Assembly (NCBI GenBank): GCA_964604955.1
Contig: CAZSBE010000004.1
Coordinates: 1 to 62,724, forward strand
Direction of reading: 5' to 3'
From: an uncultured bacterium
Lineage (GTDB): Bacteria > Arandabacterota > Arandabacteria > Arandabacterales > JALGWA01
DNA: 62,724 nt
Shown here one piece after another: positions 18,266-25,960 of this stretch; position 1 is the first letter of the stretch, and every line of letters begins with the position of its first letter. The notes under the pieces were generated by a model. It made no database searches. It was given only the letters and a program-made list of their open reading frames with translations, and was not told where the DNA came from. Both the position numbers and the translations under genes were made by a program.

Positions 18266-18694
18266 ATGAGGGACGAAGACAAGAGGGAAGTTGTAAACAG
18301 GGAATTCGTCAGGGTGCCGACATGTATCGAGACGAGACTGGTCATCGTCAACCCGGAAGGCGTCATACCGCATGACGGCTGGGTAAAGGGCGAGATCGTG
18401 GAAATCGGCGGTGGGGGGGCGCGAATACGGCTCGCCTTCGCCGGGAAGGTCGGGGATGCGGTAAGCGTGCGCTTTCTCTTCCCGGACACCGGAGAGGACA
18501 TGACGATGTCCGGGCGCGTCGTCAACGCCTGGGAGGAGGAGGGCCTCACCAAAGTGTGCGTCAAGTTTGTCGGCGTCTGCGAAGAGGAGACCAAGCGCCT
18601 GTTGACGTACGCCTTCCGGGAGCAGATCCGGGAGTCCAAGAGGCAGACCTTGTCCGGGCCTCCGGACGCGGGAGAACAATTAGATGAAGATTGA
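18266..18694 (+). CDS. PilZ-domain protein (degenerate c-di-GMP motifs)
   Basis: 142 aa. An RxxxR element (NREFVR, aa 11-16) is followed about 30 aa later by EIGGGG, where PilZ domains carry (D/N)xSxxG. The rest has a beta-barrel-like pattern. Confidence 0.6.
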   Translation: MRDEDKREVVNREFVRVPTCIETRLVIVNPEGVIPHDGWVKGEIVEIGGGGARIRLAFAGKVGDAVSVRFLFPDTGEDMTMSGRVVNAWEEEGLTKVCVKFVGVCEEETKRLLTYAFREQIRESKRQTLSGPPDAGEQLDED

Positions 18695-19526
18695 ACTGAT
18701 AACTGACGATATAAGGCCTGCGAAAAGCACAGTCAAGTACGACGGCAACGTCGAAATCGTCGGCACGGTGAAGTCCGGCGCGCGCCTGGAAGTGGACGGC
18801 GACATCGGCATCTTCGGGAACGTTGAGGACGCCGAGATCCTGGCGACCGGAAACGTCATGATAGAAGGCGGGTTTCTGGGAACGGGCGGCGGGAGGATAG
18901 CGTGCCATGGAAGTCTCAAGGCCAGGTTCGTGCAGGGACAGCGAATAGAGGCCGGCGGCGACGTGAAGATCACGAAGGGCCTGATATCCAGTACGGTATT
19001 CACGTCGAGCCGCGTGCTCGTAGGCAAGTCCGGAGGGATAGTGGGAGGAGAGATACACGCCTATCGCGGCGTGGAAACCGGAAGATTCGGGAGCCCGCGG
19101 CCGGTGACGACCCTGCTCGAGGTCGGGATAGACCCCGCGGTGAGCATGCGCATAGAGGAGCTCGAGCGGGAGGCGATGGCCCTCGTGTCAAAGAGAATAC
19201 GGTACATAAAAGACCTCACTTTCATGGGGAGCCAGGAGAACGCGCGGTCCGAGGAGACGGTCAAGGACCTTGCGGCGGCAAGCAGCGCCGTGCAGGCCGA
19301 ACTCGTTTCCCTTGGGGAGGAGATAATGAAACTCAGGATGGTAAGCGAACTCGCGAGGGACGCCACGGTCATCGCGCGCGAGAGAACCTATCCCCCGCTG
19401 GATGTATCAATATGCTTTTCTAACATAAAGAGCGAATCAGAGACCGGGCCTGTCGTATTCAGGCTCCTGGATGACCGAGTGGTTTTATATCCTTTGAACC
19501 TGGGGTGGCAAGAAAATGGAAAGTAA
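18684..19526 (+). CDS. FapA/DUF342-like protein (short form)
   Basis: 280 aa. Repetitive beta-helix-like turns (GNVEIVGTV..GARLEVDGDIGIFGNVEDAEILATGNVMIEGGF...), then TTLLEVGIDP and a coiled coil, as in the DUF342 C-terminal part. Overlaps the PilZ gene by 11 nt. Confidence 0.6.
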   Translation: MKIELITDDIRPAKSTVKYDGNVEIVGTVKSGARLEVDGDIGIFGNVEDAEILATGNVMIEGGFLGTGGGRIACHGSLKARFVQGQRIEAGGDVKITKGLISSTVFTSSRVLVGKSGGIVGGEIHAYRGVETGRFGSPRPVTTLLEVGIDPAVSMRIEELEREAMALVSKRIRYIKDLTFMGSQENARSEETVKDLAAASSAVQAELVSLGEEIMKLRMVSELARDATVIARERTYPPLDVSICFSNIKSESETGPVVFRLLDDRVVLYPLNLGWQENGK

Positions 19527-20403
19527 AATCCGAGATGATAAGAACTTCGAGAAATTCGCCGTGAACATCCCGCCATTCCCCAGGGCCGCCCAGCAGGTTA
19601 TGGGAATGCTCCGGGACCCCAGAGTCCAGATACCGAAGGTGGCGGAGGTTGTAGCGCTGGACCAGGGGTTCGCGACAAAGGTGCTGCGCATGGCGAACTC
19701 GGCCTATTTCGGCCTTCCTCGCAAGGTATCGAATGTGACTGAGGCCCTCGTGCTTCTGGGCTGGGCGAACGTGCGGATAGTGTTGATATCGGCATCGGTA
19801 GGCCCGATACTCTGCCGCGGCCTCAAGAGCTACAACATGGAAGAAGGCGTGCTCTGGGAGCACTCGGTCGGCTCGGCCTTCGCCTCGCAGATGTTGAGCA
19901 GGGGTCTCGCCCCCGGAATCTACAACATGGCTTTCACATCGGGCCTGCTCCATGACGTCGGGAAAGTGGCCATTGACATACAGCTGAGGGGGGACCTGCG
20001 GAGGCAGTTCATTGATCTCGTGAGCACTTCGGGCCCGGATGTCGCGGAGAGAGAGGCCACAGGGTACACTCATTCGGAGATCGGCGAGTACCTCTGCGAC
20101 AGGTGGAATCTGCCCGAGGAAATAGCCGGAGCCATCAGGTACCATCACGAACCCTCCGGCGCAGAGAGCGGCTTGCCGGGAGTGGTAGCCGCGGCCGATG
20201 TCCTTTCGAATATCCTCCTCAGGGACGGCCGGCAGGTGACGGTCGCCGATTTCGAAAGAGCGGCGCAGGGCACGTTCGTGCCCCGGGCCGACTTGCTCTC
20301 CAAGATAACCGAGGAGCTCCCGGCCATGATCGCGTCTGCGCGCGAACTGCTGGGCGGAACGTCGGAGGTCGTCCAGGCGGGCGCCGATTCCGAGCAGAAA
20401 TAG
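19516..20403 (+). CDS. HDOD-domain protein
   Basis: 295 aa. HDOD signature (PRAAQQVMGMLRDPRVQIPKVAEVVALDQGFATKVLRMANSAYFGLPRKVSNVTEALVLLG, later GLLHDVGKVA and RYHHEP). Overlaps the FapA-like gene by 11 nt. Confidence 0.8.
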   Translation: MESKIRDDKNFEKFAVNIPPFPRAAQQVMGMLRDPRVQIPKVAEVVALDQGFATKVLRMANSAYFGLPRKVSNVTEALVLLGWANVRIVLISASVGPILCRGLKSYNMEEGVLWEHSVGSAFASQMLSRGLAPGIYNMAFTSGLLHDVGKVAIDIQLRGDLRRQFIDLVSTSGPDVAEREATGYTHSEIGEYLCDRWNLPEEIAGAIRYHHEPSGAESGLPGVVAAADVLSNILLRDGRQVTVADFERAAQGTFVPRADLLSKITEELPAMIASARELLGGTSEVVQAGADSEQK

Positions 20404-20461
20404 TTTCCGCGCAGCGGAAAAACTTTCCGTCCGTTCTTCCCCTTTCCGCCGGCACGTTTCC
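20404..20461 (+). repeat. Inverted repeat TTTCCGC-GCA-GCGGAAA plus three further TTTCC(G/A) direct repeats (candidate terminator and/or enhancer-binding-protein sites)
   Basis: A perfect 7 bp stem at 20404-20420 starts 1 nt after the HDOD stop codon. TTTCCG recurs at 20424 and 20443 and TTTCCA at 20457, all roughly 95-150 bp upstream of the sigma54 element. Confidence 0.35.
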
Positions 20462-20553
20462 ACAGCCTTTGAGACCGCTCCGGTCATGCCGCCTAATCGC
20501 CTGGTATTCAACGAGATACCCTGAGCCCTCCCGGGCATGTTTATGCGCGCTTA

Positions 20554-20569
20554 TGGCAGGGTAATTGCA
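20554..20569 (+). promoter_or_regulatory. Sigma54 (RpoN) -24/-12 promoter upstream of flgF
   Basis: TGGCAGGGTAATTGCA versus consensus TGGCAC-N5-TTGCA. The GG and GC dinucleotides have exact spacing, with one mismatch. It lies about 35 nt upstream of the GGAGG-GTG start of flgF. Confidence 0.6.
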
Positions 20570-20602
20570 TTTGTAACGGGCGGAGAAAAAGCGGAGGTGA
20601 AC

Positions 20603-21319
20603 GTGCTCAAGGGAGTAGAGAGATTAGCAGCCGACATGACGGCGAGAATCACCAGGCAGGACATGCTGGCCGAGAACCTTGCCAATGCGTCAACGCCGGG
20701 TTTCAAGACCCAGCGACTCTTCATGACCATGCTGCAGGAATCTGTGCGGAGCGGCGGAGGGCTCGCCGGCGACAAGACGTACGGTATCTACACCGACTTC
20801 AGCCAGGGACCGGTGGACGTGACCAACCGGCCTCTGGACTTTGCCATCCAGGGAGAAGGTTTCTTCGCAATCGATACCGACACGGGAGAGAAATACACCC
20901 GGGCCGGGAACTTCACGCTGGACGAGGAAGGCACGCTTACCACGAACCGGGGCGACGTGGTGGTTGGAGCTTCAGGTCCCATCACCATTGAGGGCGGCGA
21001 CTTCACGGTGAGCGCCGAAGGCAAAGTCATGGTCGACGGCGCGGAAATCGGTGCGTTCAAGATCGTCACGTTCGAGAATGTGCGGAACCTGGTCAGGCGG
21101 GGGAATTACTACGAGTCCGGCGGGCAGGCCGCCATCGAGTCGGAGATGATCGATACGCAGGTTCTCCAGGGAGCGCTCGAGAGAGCCAATGTGAATCCCA
21201 TCGACGAGATGGTGAACATGATCGCCGTCCAAAGGGGATTCGAGACCGCGCAGACGACCATAAAGATGCAGGATGATAGCTCAAGAAAACTCATAGAACG
21301 CGCAGGCAACATCGACTAA
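20603..21319 (+). CDS. flgF: Flagellar basal-body rod protein FlgF
   Basis: GTG at 20603 has GGAGG 5 nt upstream and lies downstream of the sigma54 element. Rod-protein motifs are present (LAENLANASTPGFK; C-terminal NPIDEMVNMIAVQRGFETAQ). The tracked ATG at 20537 lies upstream of the promoter. Confidence 0.85.
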   Translation: MLKGVERLAADMTARITRQDMLAENLANASTPGFKTQRLFMTMLQESVRSGGGLAGDKTYGIYTDFSQGPVDVTNRPLDFAIQGEGFFAIDTDTGEKYTRAGNFTLDEEGTLTTNRGDVVVGASGPITIEGGDFTVSAEGKVMVDGAEIGAFKIVTFENVRNLVRRGNYYESGGQAAIESEMIDTQVLQGALERANVNPIDEMVNMIAVQRGFETAQTTIKMQDDSSRKLIERAGNID

Positions 21320-21337
21320 CAGCAGGGGGTAACGGTA

Positions 21338-22126
21338 ATGATCAGGGCGCTTAAGACTGCCGCGACCGGGATGCGCGCGCAGCAGCTCAACGTGGACAAC
21401 ATCGCGAACAATCTCGCGAACATCAACACAACGGGGTTCAAGAGAAGCAAGGTCGAGTTCCAGGATCTCTTCTACCAGACGGCCAAGGTGCCCGGGCGCA
21501 TAGCCGGGCAGGGAGTCGAAGCCCCGTCCGCGCTCGAAGTCGGTTACGGCACCGCTCCCGTGGCCACACAGAGGATCTTCTCCGAGGGCGAGATTCTGCC
21601 GACCAGCAACCCCCTGGACCTCGCAATAAACGGCGATGGGTTCTTCCGGATTACCCTGGCGGACGGCTCATACGCCTATACCAGGGACGGGGCGTTCAAG
21701 CTCTCCGGTGACGGAAGGGTGGTGACCACCGACGGCGAGCCCATGGACCCCGAGATAAGCATACCGGAGGGATCGACCGGCATTGTCGTAGCCAGGGACG
21801 GTACGGTCAGCGTGACGATCGGTAATGAAATCGACCCGCAGGAAGTCGGGATGCTGGAGATAGTCAGGTTCATAAACCCTGCCGGTCTCAAGGCCATCGG
21901 CCGCAATCTGCTCGCGGAGACCCCGGCGTCAGGGAACCCCATCCCGGGGACTGCCGGCCTGGAGGGCTATGGCGAGATCTACCAGGGTTACCTTGAAACA
22001 TCCAACGTCGAGATAGTGGAAGAGATGGTCAACATGATTGTCGCTCAGCGCGCGTACGAGATCAATTCCAAGGCCATCAAGACGTCCGATGAAATGCTCG
22101 CGCAGGTCAACAATCTGGGAAGGTAG
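21338..22126 (+). CDS. flgG: Flagellar distal rod protein FlgG
   Basis: 262 aa. MIRALKTAATGMRAQQLNVDNIANNLANINTTGFKRSKVEFQDLFYQ and C-terminal SNVEIVEEMVNMIVAQRAYEINSKAIKTSDEML. Confidence 0.95.
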   Translation: MIRALKTAATGMRAQQLNVDNIANNLANINTTGFKRSKVEFQDLFYQTAKVPGRIAGQGVEAPSALEVGYGTAPVATQRIFSEGEILPTSNPLDLAINGDGFFRITLADGSYAYTRDGAFKLSGDGRVVTTDGEPMDPEISIPEGSTGIVVARDGTVSVTIGNEIDPQEVGMLEIVRFINPAGLKAIGRNLLAETPASGNPIPGTAGLEGYGEIYQGYLETSNVEIVEEMVNMIVAQRAYEINSKAIKTSDEMLAQVNNLGR

Positions 22127-22129
22127 GAA

Positions 22130-22870
22130 ATGAACGTTAAAACCAAAGGAATGGGAATCACGTTTGCCTTATCTGTCGCCATGTATTTGCTGTCGGCCTG
22201 CGGCACGGAGACCGCGGCCGGCCCGAAGAGCCTCGCCGACAGGATAGTGGAAGAGACCACCGGGTTCGTTGCAGAGCGGGTGACCCTGCCCTATGACTCT
22301 ATCAGCGTGGAGGTCAGCGTTCCCGCCATCGCGGCGCGCGCTTCGGACGTGGCGCATTTCAGCGTGGACCTGTATGGGACGTCGAAGACGGTCGTGGGTA
22401 CCGTGCCCGTAAGAGTGACGGTTGAGCTGCTTGACGGCCAGACGATTCCCTATACCGCCACGGCGCGGGTCAGGATCTGGAGCAACGCGGCAGTCGCGGC
22501 GAGAAGGCTCAAGCGCCATGCCGTTCTGGAAGAGGGGGACATCCGGCTGGAGAAGCGCGAGGTCACCAACGCGGTTGACGGGTATTTCGCAACCGCAGAC
22601 GAGGTTCTGGGGATGCGCGCGACGAGCGTCATACCGCCCGGAAGGCTTCTCATGGTGTCGAGCGTTGAGCCCGTTCCGCTGGTGAGCAGGGGTTCGGACG
22701 TGAGCGTCACAATCGTAATCGGGGCCGTGGCCATCACGTCGAGGGGCAAAGCCCTCGAGGATGGCGACCTCGGCAGCCTTATAGACGTGAGAGACTGCGC
22801 CACCGGCAAGCGGGTGACCGCGGAAGTGGCCGGTGAGAAAACCGTCGTGCTAAAGGTGAATAGACTTTGA
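22130..22870 (+). CDS. flgA: P-ring assembly chaperone FlgA
   Basis: 246 aa. Signal peptide, SAF-like segment (VAARRLKRHAVLEEGDIRLEKREV) and C-terminal GSLIDVRDCATGKRVTAEV. Located before flgH-flgI. Confidence 0.8.
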   Translation: MNVKTKGMGITFALSVAMYLLSACGTETAAGPKSLADRIVEETTGFVAERVTLPYDSISVEVSVPAIAARASDVAHFSVDLYGTSKTVVGTVPVRVTVELLDGQTIPYTATARVRIWSNAAVAARRLKRHAVLEEGDIRLEKREVTNAVDGYFATADEVLGMRATSVIPPGRLLMVSSVEPVPLVSRGSDVSVTIVIGAVAITSRGKALEDGDLGSLIDVRDCATGKRVTAEVAGEKTVVLKVNRL

Positions 22871-22881
22871 GGGAGGCCAAG

Positions 22882-23463
22882 TTGAAAAGAAAGACACTTA
22901 GAAAGCCGCTCGCGGCGCTTCTCGGTCTCTGCGTAATCGCAGGCTTCTCGACGGAGTGCCTGGCGGTCAAGTCCTTCTACACGGACGTGAAAGCCCAGGA
23001 CGTGGGGGATGTCGTAACCGTGATGATCGTCGAGAAGACGCTCGCTTCGAATTCGTCGTCCATTACCACCGAGAAACAGACCACCGTCGGCACGGAAGGC
23101 GAGGGAACGGGGGTGCTGGACTTCATACCGGCCTTCGGTATGGACGGGAGCGTCACCAAGGGGCACGAGGGCCTCGGGACGACCTCGCGGCGCGGCAGCA
23201 TTGTCGGCCAGATGGCTGCCGTGGTGGTCGAGGTGACCGCCTCCGGCAACCTGGTAATCCAGGGCGAAAAGCACATAGTCGTGAACGATGAGACCGAGAT
23301 ACTCGTTCTCAAGGGCGTGGTGCGGCCACAGGACGTGAGCGGGGACAACGTCGTCATCTCAAGCGATATCGCCAGTACCGAGATCACATACAAGGGCAAG
23401 GGCATGGTTGCAAGCTACTCGAAGCCAAGCATCCTTACCAGACTCTTAACCTTCTTCTTCTAG
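22882..23463 (+). CDS. flgH: Flagellar L-ring protein FlgH
   Basis: FlgH core (SFYTDVKAQDVGDVVTVMIVEKTLASNSS..., NLVIQGEKHIVVNDETEILVLKGVVRPQDV). TTG at 22882 has GAGGGAGG 5 nt upstream. The tracked TTG at 22867 is an alternative start. Confidence 0.9.
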   Translation: MKRKTLRKPLAALLGLCVIAGFSTECLAVKSFYTDVKAQDVGDVVTVMIVEKTLASNSSSITTEKQTTVGTEGEGTGVLDFIPAFGMDGSVTKGHEGLGTTSRRGSIVGQMAAVVVEVTASGNLVIQGEKHIVVNDETEILVLKGVVRPQDVSGDNVVISSDIASTEITYKGKGMVASYSKPSILTRLLTFFF

Positions 23464-23475
23464 ACAGGTGGGCCA

Positions 23476-24582
23476 ATGGCAAAGAAAACGCTCATAACAG
23501 CGCTTCTTATTCTGTTCTTCGTGGTCATCGGGCGTACGACGCCCAATGCGGCTCCGCGCATCAAGGACATCTGCAGAATCGGCGGCGCCGAGAGCACGCA
23601 GCTCATCGGCTACGGCCTCGTTGTCGGACTCGACGGGTCCGGTGACAGCAAGGGAACCCAGTTCACCGTACGTTCCGTGGTGAATATGCTCACGCGCATG
23701 GGCATAACGGTCCCGCAGGACAAGGTGCGCACCAAGAACGTGGCGGCGGTGATGATCTCGTCATCGCTTCCCTCGACGGCAAGGAAAGGGATGAAGCTGG
23801 ACGTCACGGTGTCGTCACTCGGCGACGCGAAGAGCATACAGGGCGGGACGCTGCTCCTCTCGCCGCTTTCGGATCCGGACGGGAACGTCCGCGCGCTGGC
23901 GCAGGGGCCGGTGTCGGTCGGAGGCTTCAAGATAGGCGGAGAGGGAGGCGACGCCGTCGCGCAGAACTTCACTCTGGTCGGGCGCGTCCCCAACGGGGCG
24001 ATGAATCTCCCGGCGGCAGCGATGGACTTCGTGGACATAGCTCTCTACACGCCTGACTACACCACGGCTTCACGCGTGTGCGACGCCATCAGGAGCCGAC
24101 ACGCGGACGCCGAGATCGAGTGCGTAGACGCCGGGTTTGTCAGGGTGGCGGTTCCCGAGGCCGTGAAGGAGACCGGTGACGTTGTGGGCTTCATCGCCGG
24201 CATCGAGAACGCGAGGGTCGAACCCGACGTTCCGGCAATCGTCGTCATAAACGAGCGGACGGGTACCATAGTCGCCGGTGAGAGCGTGACACTGGGAGCC
24301 GTGGCGATAGCGCATGGCAATCTGAGCATAGAGATAAGTTCGCGGCCGCTCATATCCCAGCCGGCGCCTCTCTCGAGCGGTGGGAAGACGGTCGTGGTTC
24401 CGGATACGCAGATCAGTGTCAACGTCGACCATGACCAGCTGTACGCGATGGACGAGGCAGCCAGCGTCGCGGATGTGGCGCGCGGCCTCAACGCGCTGGG
24501 CGTGAGCCCGAGGGACACCATCGCGATATTCCAGGCGCTCAAAGAGGCCGGCGCGCTCAGGGCGCAGATCAGGATCATCTAG
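23476..24582 (+). CDS. flgI: Flagellar P-ring protein FlgI
   Basis: 368 aa. Signal peptide, RIKDICRIGGAESTQLIGYGLVVGLDGSGD, and C-terminal IAIFQALKEAGALRAQIRII. Confidence 0.95.
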   Translation: MAKKTLITALLILFFVVIGRTTPNAAPRIKDICRIGGAESTQLIGYGLVVGLDGSGDSKGTQFTVRSVVNMLTRMGITVPQDKVRTKNVAAVMISSSLPSTARKGMKLDVTVSSLGDAKSIQGGTLLLSPLSDPDGNVRALAQGPVSVGGFKIGGEGGDAVAQNFTLVGRVPNGAMNLPAAAMDFVDIALYTPDYTTASRVCDAIRSRHADAEIECVDAGFVRVAVPEAVKETGDVVGFIAGIENARVEPDVPAIVVINERTGTIVAGESVTLGAVAIAHGNLSIEISSRPLISQPAPLSSGGKTVVVPDTQISVNVDHDQLYAMDEAASVADVARGLNALGVSPRDTIAIFQALKEAGALRAQIRII

Positions 24583-24599
24583 GGCAAGGCGGGACGCGA

Positions 24600-25436
24600 A
24601 TGGCGATAACGGGAATCGGAAACGCTCTCGGGAAGGCCGAATCGGGGCCGGTGAGAAAACTCACGGACGATGCTCCGAAGAAGGTCCTCTCGAGACCGGC
24701 GCGGAAGCTCAAGGATGAACATGAAACCGCAAGGGCCAGAAGGGCCTGCCAGGAATTCGAGTCCATATTCATACACAAGATGCTCTCGTCCATGCGGGCG
24801 GCCTTCGAATCTGAGAAGGGCGAAGACGAGGATTTCGGCGGGGAGATGTTCAAGTCGATGATGGACGAGCAGCTTGGAATCGCCCTCGCCAGGGCGGGCG
24901 GCATAGGCCTGGCGAGGCTCCTGGGAAAGAGCCTCGGTATCGAGGACGACCTGCCGCCGGCCGGGTCCGGACTCCCCCGCAATACCCCTATGGAGACGGG
25001 AATAACGGCCTACGAGCGCGCTAAGGTGGGACCGGGCCTTGAAGCCTACGAACCCGCGATCAAGGCCGCGGCGAGTGATTCGGGGGTGAGCGAGAACCTG
25101 ATAAAAGCCGTCATTCTCCAGGAGTCGGGCGGCGACGCACGGGCGGTCTCGGGCAAGGGGGCCAAAGGCCTCATGCAGCTCATGGACGCCACCGCGAAGG
25201 AACTGGGGGTCGAGAACTCCTTCAATCCGGTTGAGAACATCCGCGGCGGCGCCAGGTACCTCGCGGGGCTGCTAAGGGAATTCAAAGGGGATGTGGAGCT
25301 CGCACTGGCTTCCTACAACGCGGGCATGGGAACGGTCAAGAAGTTCGGCGGCGTTCCGCCCTACAAGGAGACCAGAGAGTACGTAGAAAAAGTAACGGCG
25401 AACCTCGACAAGCTTAATAGGGAATCGGGAGGTTAA
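24600..25436 (+). CDS. flgJ: FlgJ-type rod-binding domain fused to an SLT-family lytic transglycosylase
   Basis: The N-terminal rod-binding domain (ACQEFESIFIHKMLSSMRAAF...GGEMFKSMMDEQLGIALARAGGIGLARLL) is followed by SLT motifs (ILQESGGDARAVSGKGAKGLMQLM...ASYNAGMGTVKKFGGVPPYKETREYV). Confidence 0.8.
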   Translation: MAITGIGNALGKAESGPVRKLTDDAPKKVLSRPARKLKDEHETARARRACQEFESIFIHKMLSSMRAAFESEKGEDEDFGGEMFKSMMDEQLGIALARAGGIGLARLLGKSLGIEDDLPPAGSGLPRNTPMETGITAYERAKVGPGLEAYEPAIKAAASDSGVSENLIKAVILQESGGDARAVSGKGAKGLMQLMDATAKELGVENSFNPVENIRGGARYLAGLLREFKGDVELALASYNAGMGTVKKFGGVPPYKETREYVEKVTANLDKLNRESGG

Positions 25437-25437
25437 A

Positions 25438-25935
25438 TTGCGGTCTCAAGATTTGTCTAAACTTGTCGATATTCTAAATGGCGAAGTTAAATTGCTCAAA
25501 AAACTGCATTCTGCGCTCAAAGATGAACAGGACGCTCTGGTCCGGGGGGATGCTGAAGGCATAAGGGACAGGGTGGAGGGGCAGATCGGCATCATCAAGG
25601 ACCTCGCGGCCCTCGAGCAGGAGCGGAAGGTCGTCTTCAGCGCGGTAAGCCCCGAAGAGGGCGCCGATTACGAGATCAAGTTCGATACCATAATCGGCCT
25701 GGCCGGGGAGGCCCAGGCCGCGCGCCTGGAGACTATGAGATCGTCGATGCGCGAAGTGCTCAAGTCCCTGGGTGAGGTGAACAGGCAGAACGAAGTGTTG
25801 ATACGACAGTCTCTATCATATGTCGACCGCACGCTCCGGGCGCTGGCGGGCGATACCGCCGGCTCCGAGGTTTACAACGCCAGCGGCGCCCTGAGAAGCG
25901 CAACCGGACAGATAGCGGTGGACCGGGAAGCATGA
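25438..25935 (+). CDS. flgN: Flagellar chaperone FlgN (for FlgK/FlgL)
   Basis: 165 aa helical protein (LVDILNGEVKLLKKLHSALKDEQDALVRGDAEGI) directly upstream of flgK-flgL. TTG start. Confidence 0.6.
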   Translation: MRSQDLSKLVDILNGEVKLLKKLHSALKDEQDALVRGDAEGIRDRVEGQIGIIKDLAALEQERKVVFSAVSPEEGADYEIKFDTIIGLAGEAQAARLETMRSSMREVLKSLGEVNRQNEVLIRQSLSYVDRTLRALAGDTAGSEVYNASGALRSATGQIAVDREA

Positions 25936-25960
25936 CAAGACCACAGGAAAAGGCAAGACG

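Noticed and set aside
20537-20602. Tracked flgF start at ATG 20537.
   Set aside because: It lies upstream of or within the sigma54 -24/-12 element (20554-20569) and has no RBS. GTG 20603, with a GGAGG RBS, gives the conserved rod-protein N-terminus.
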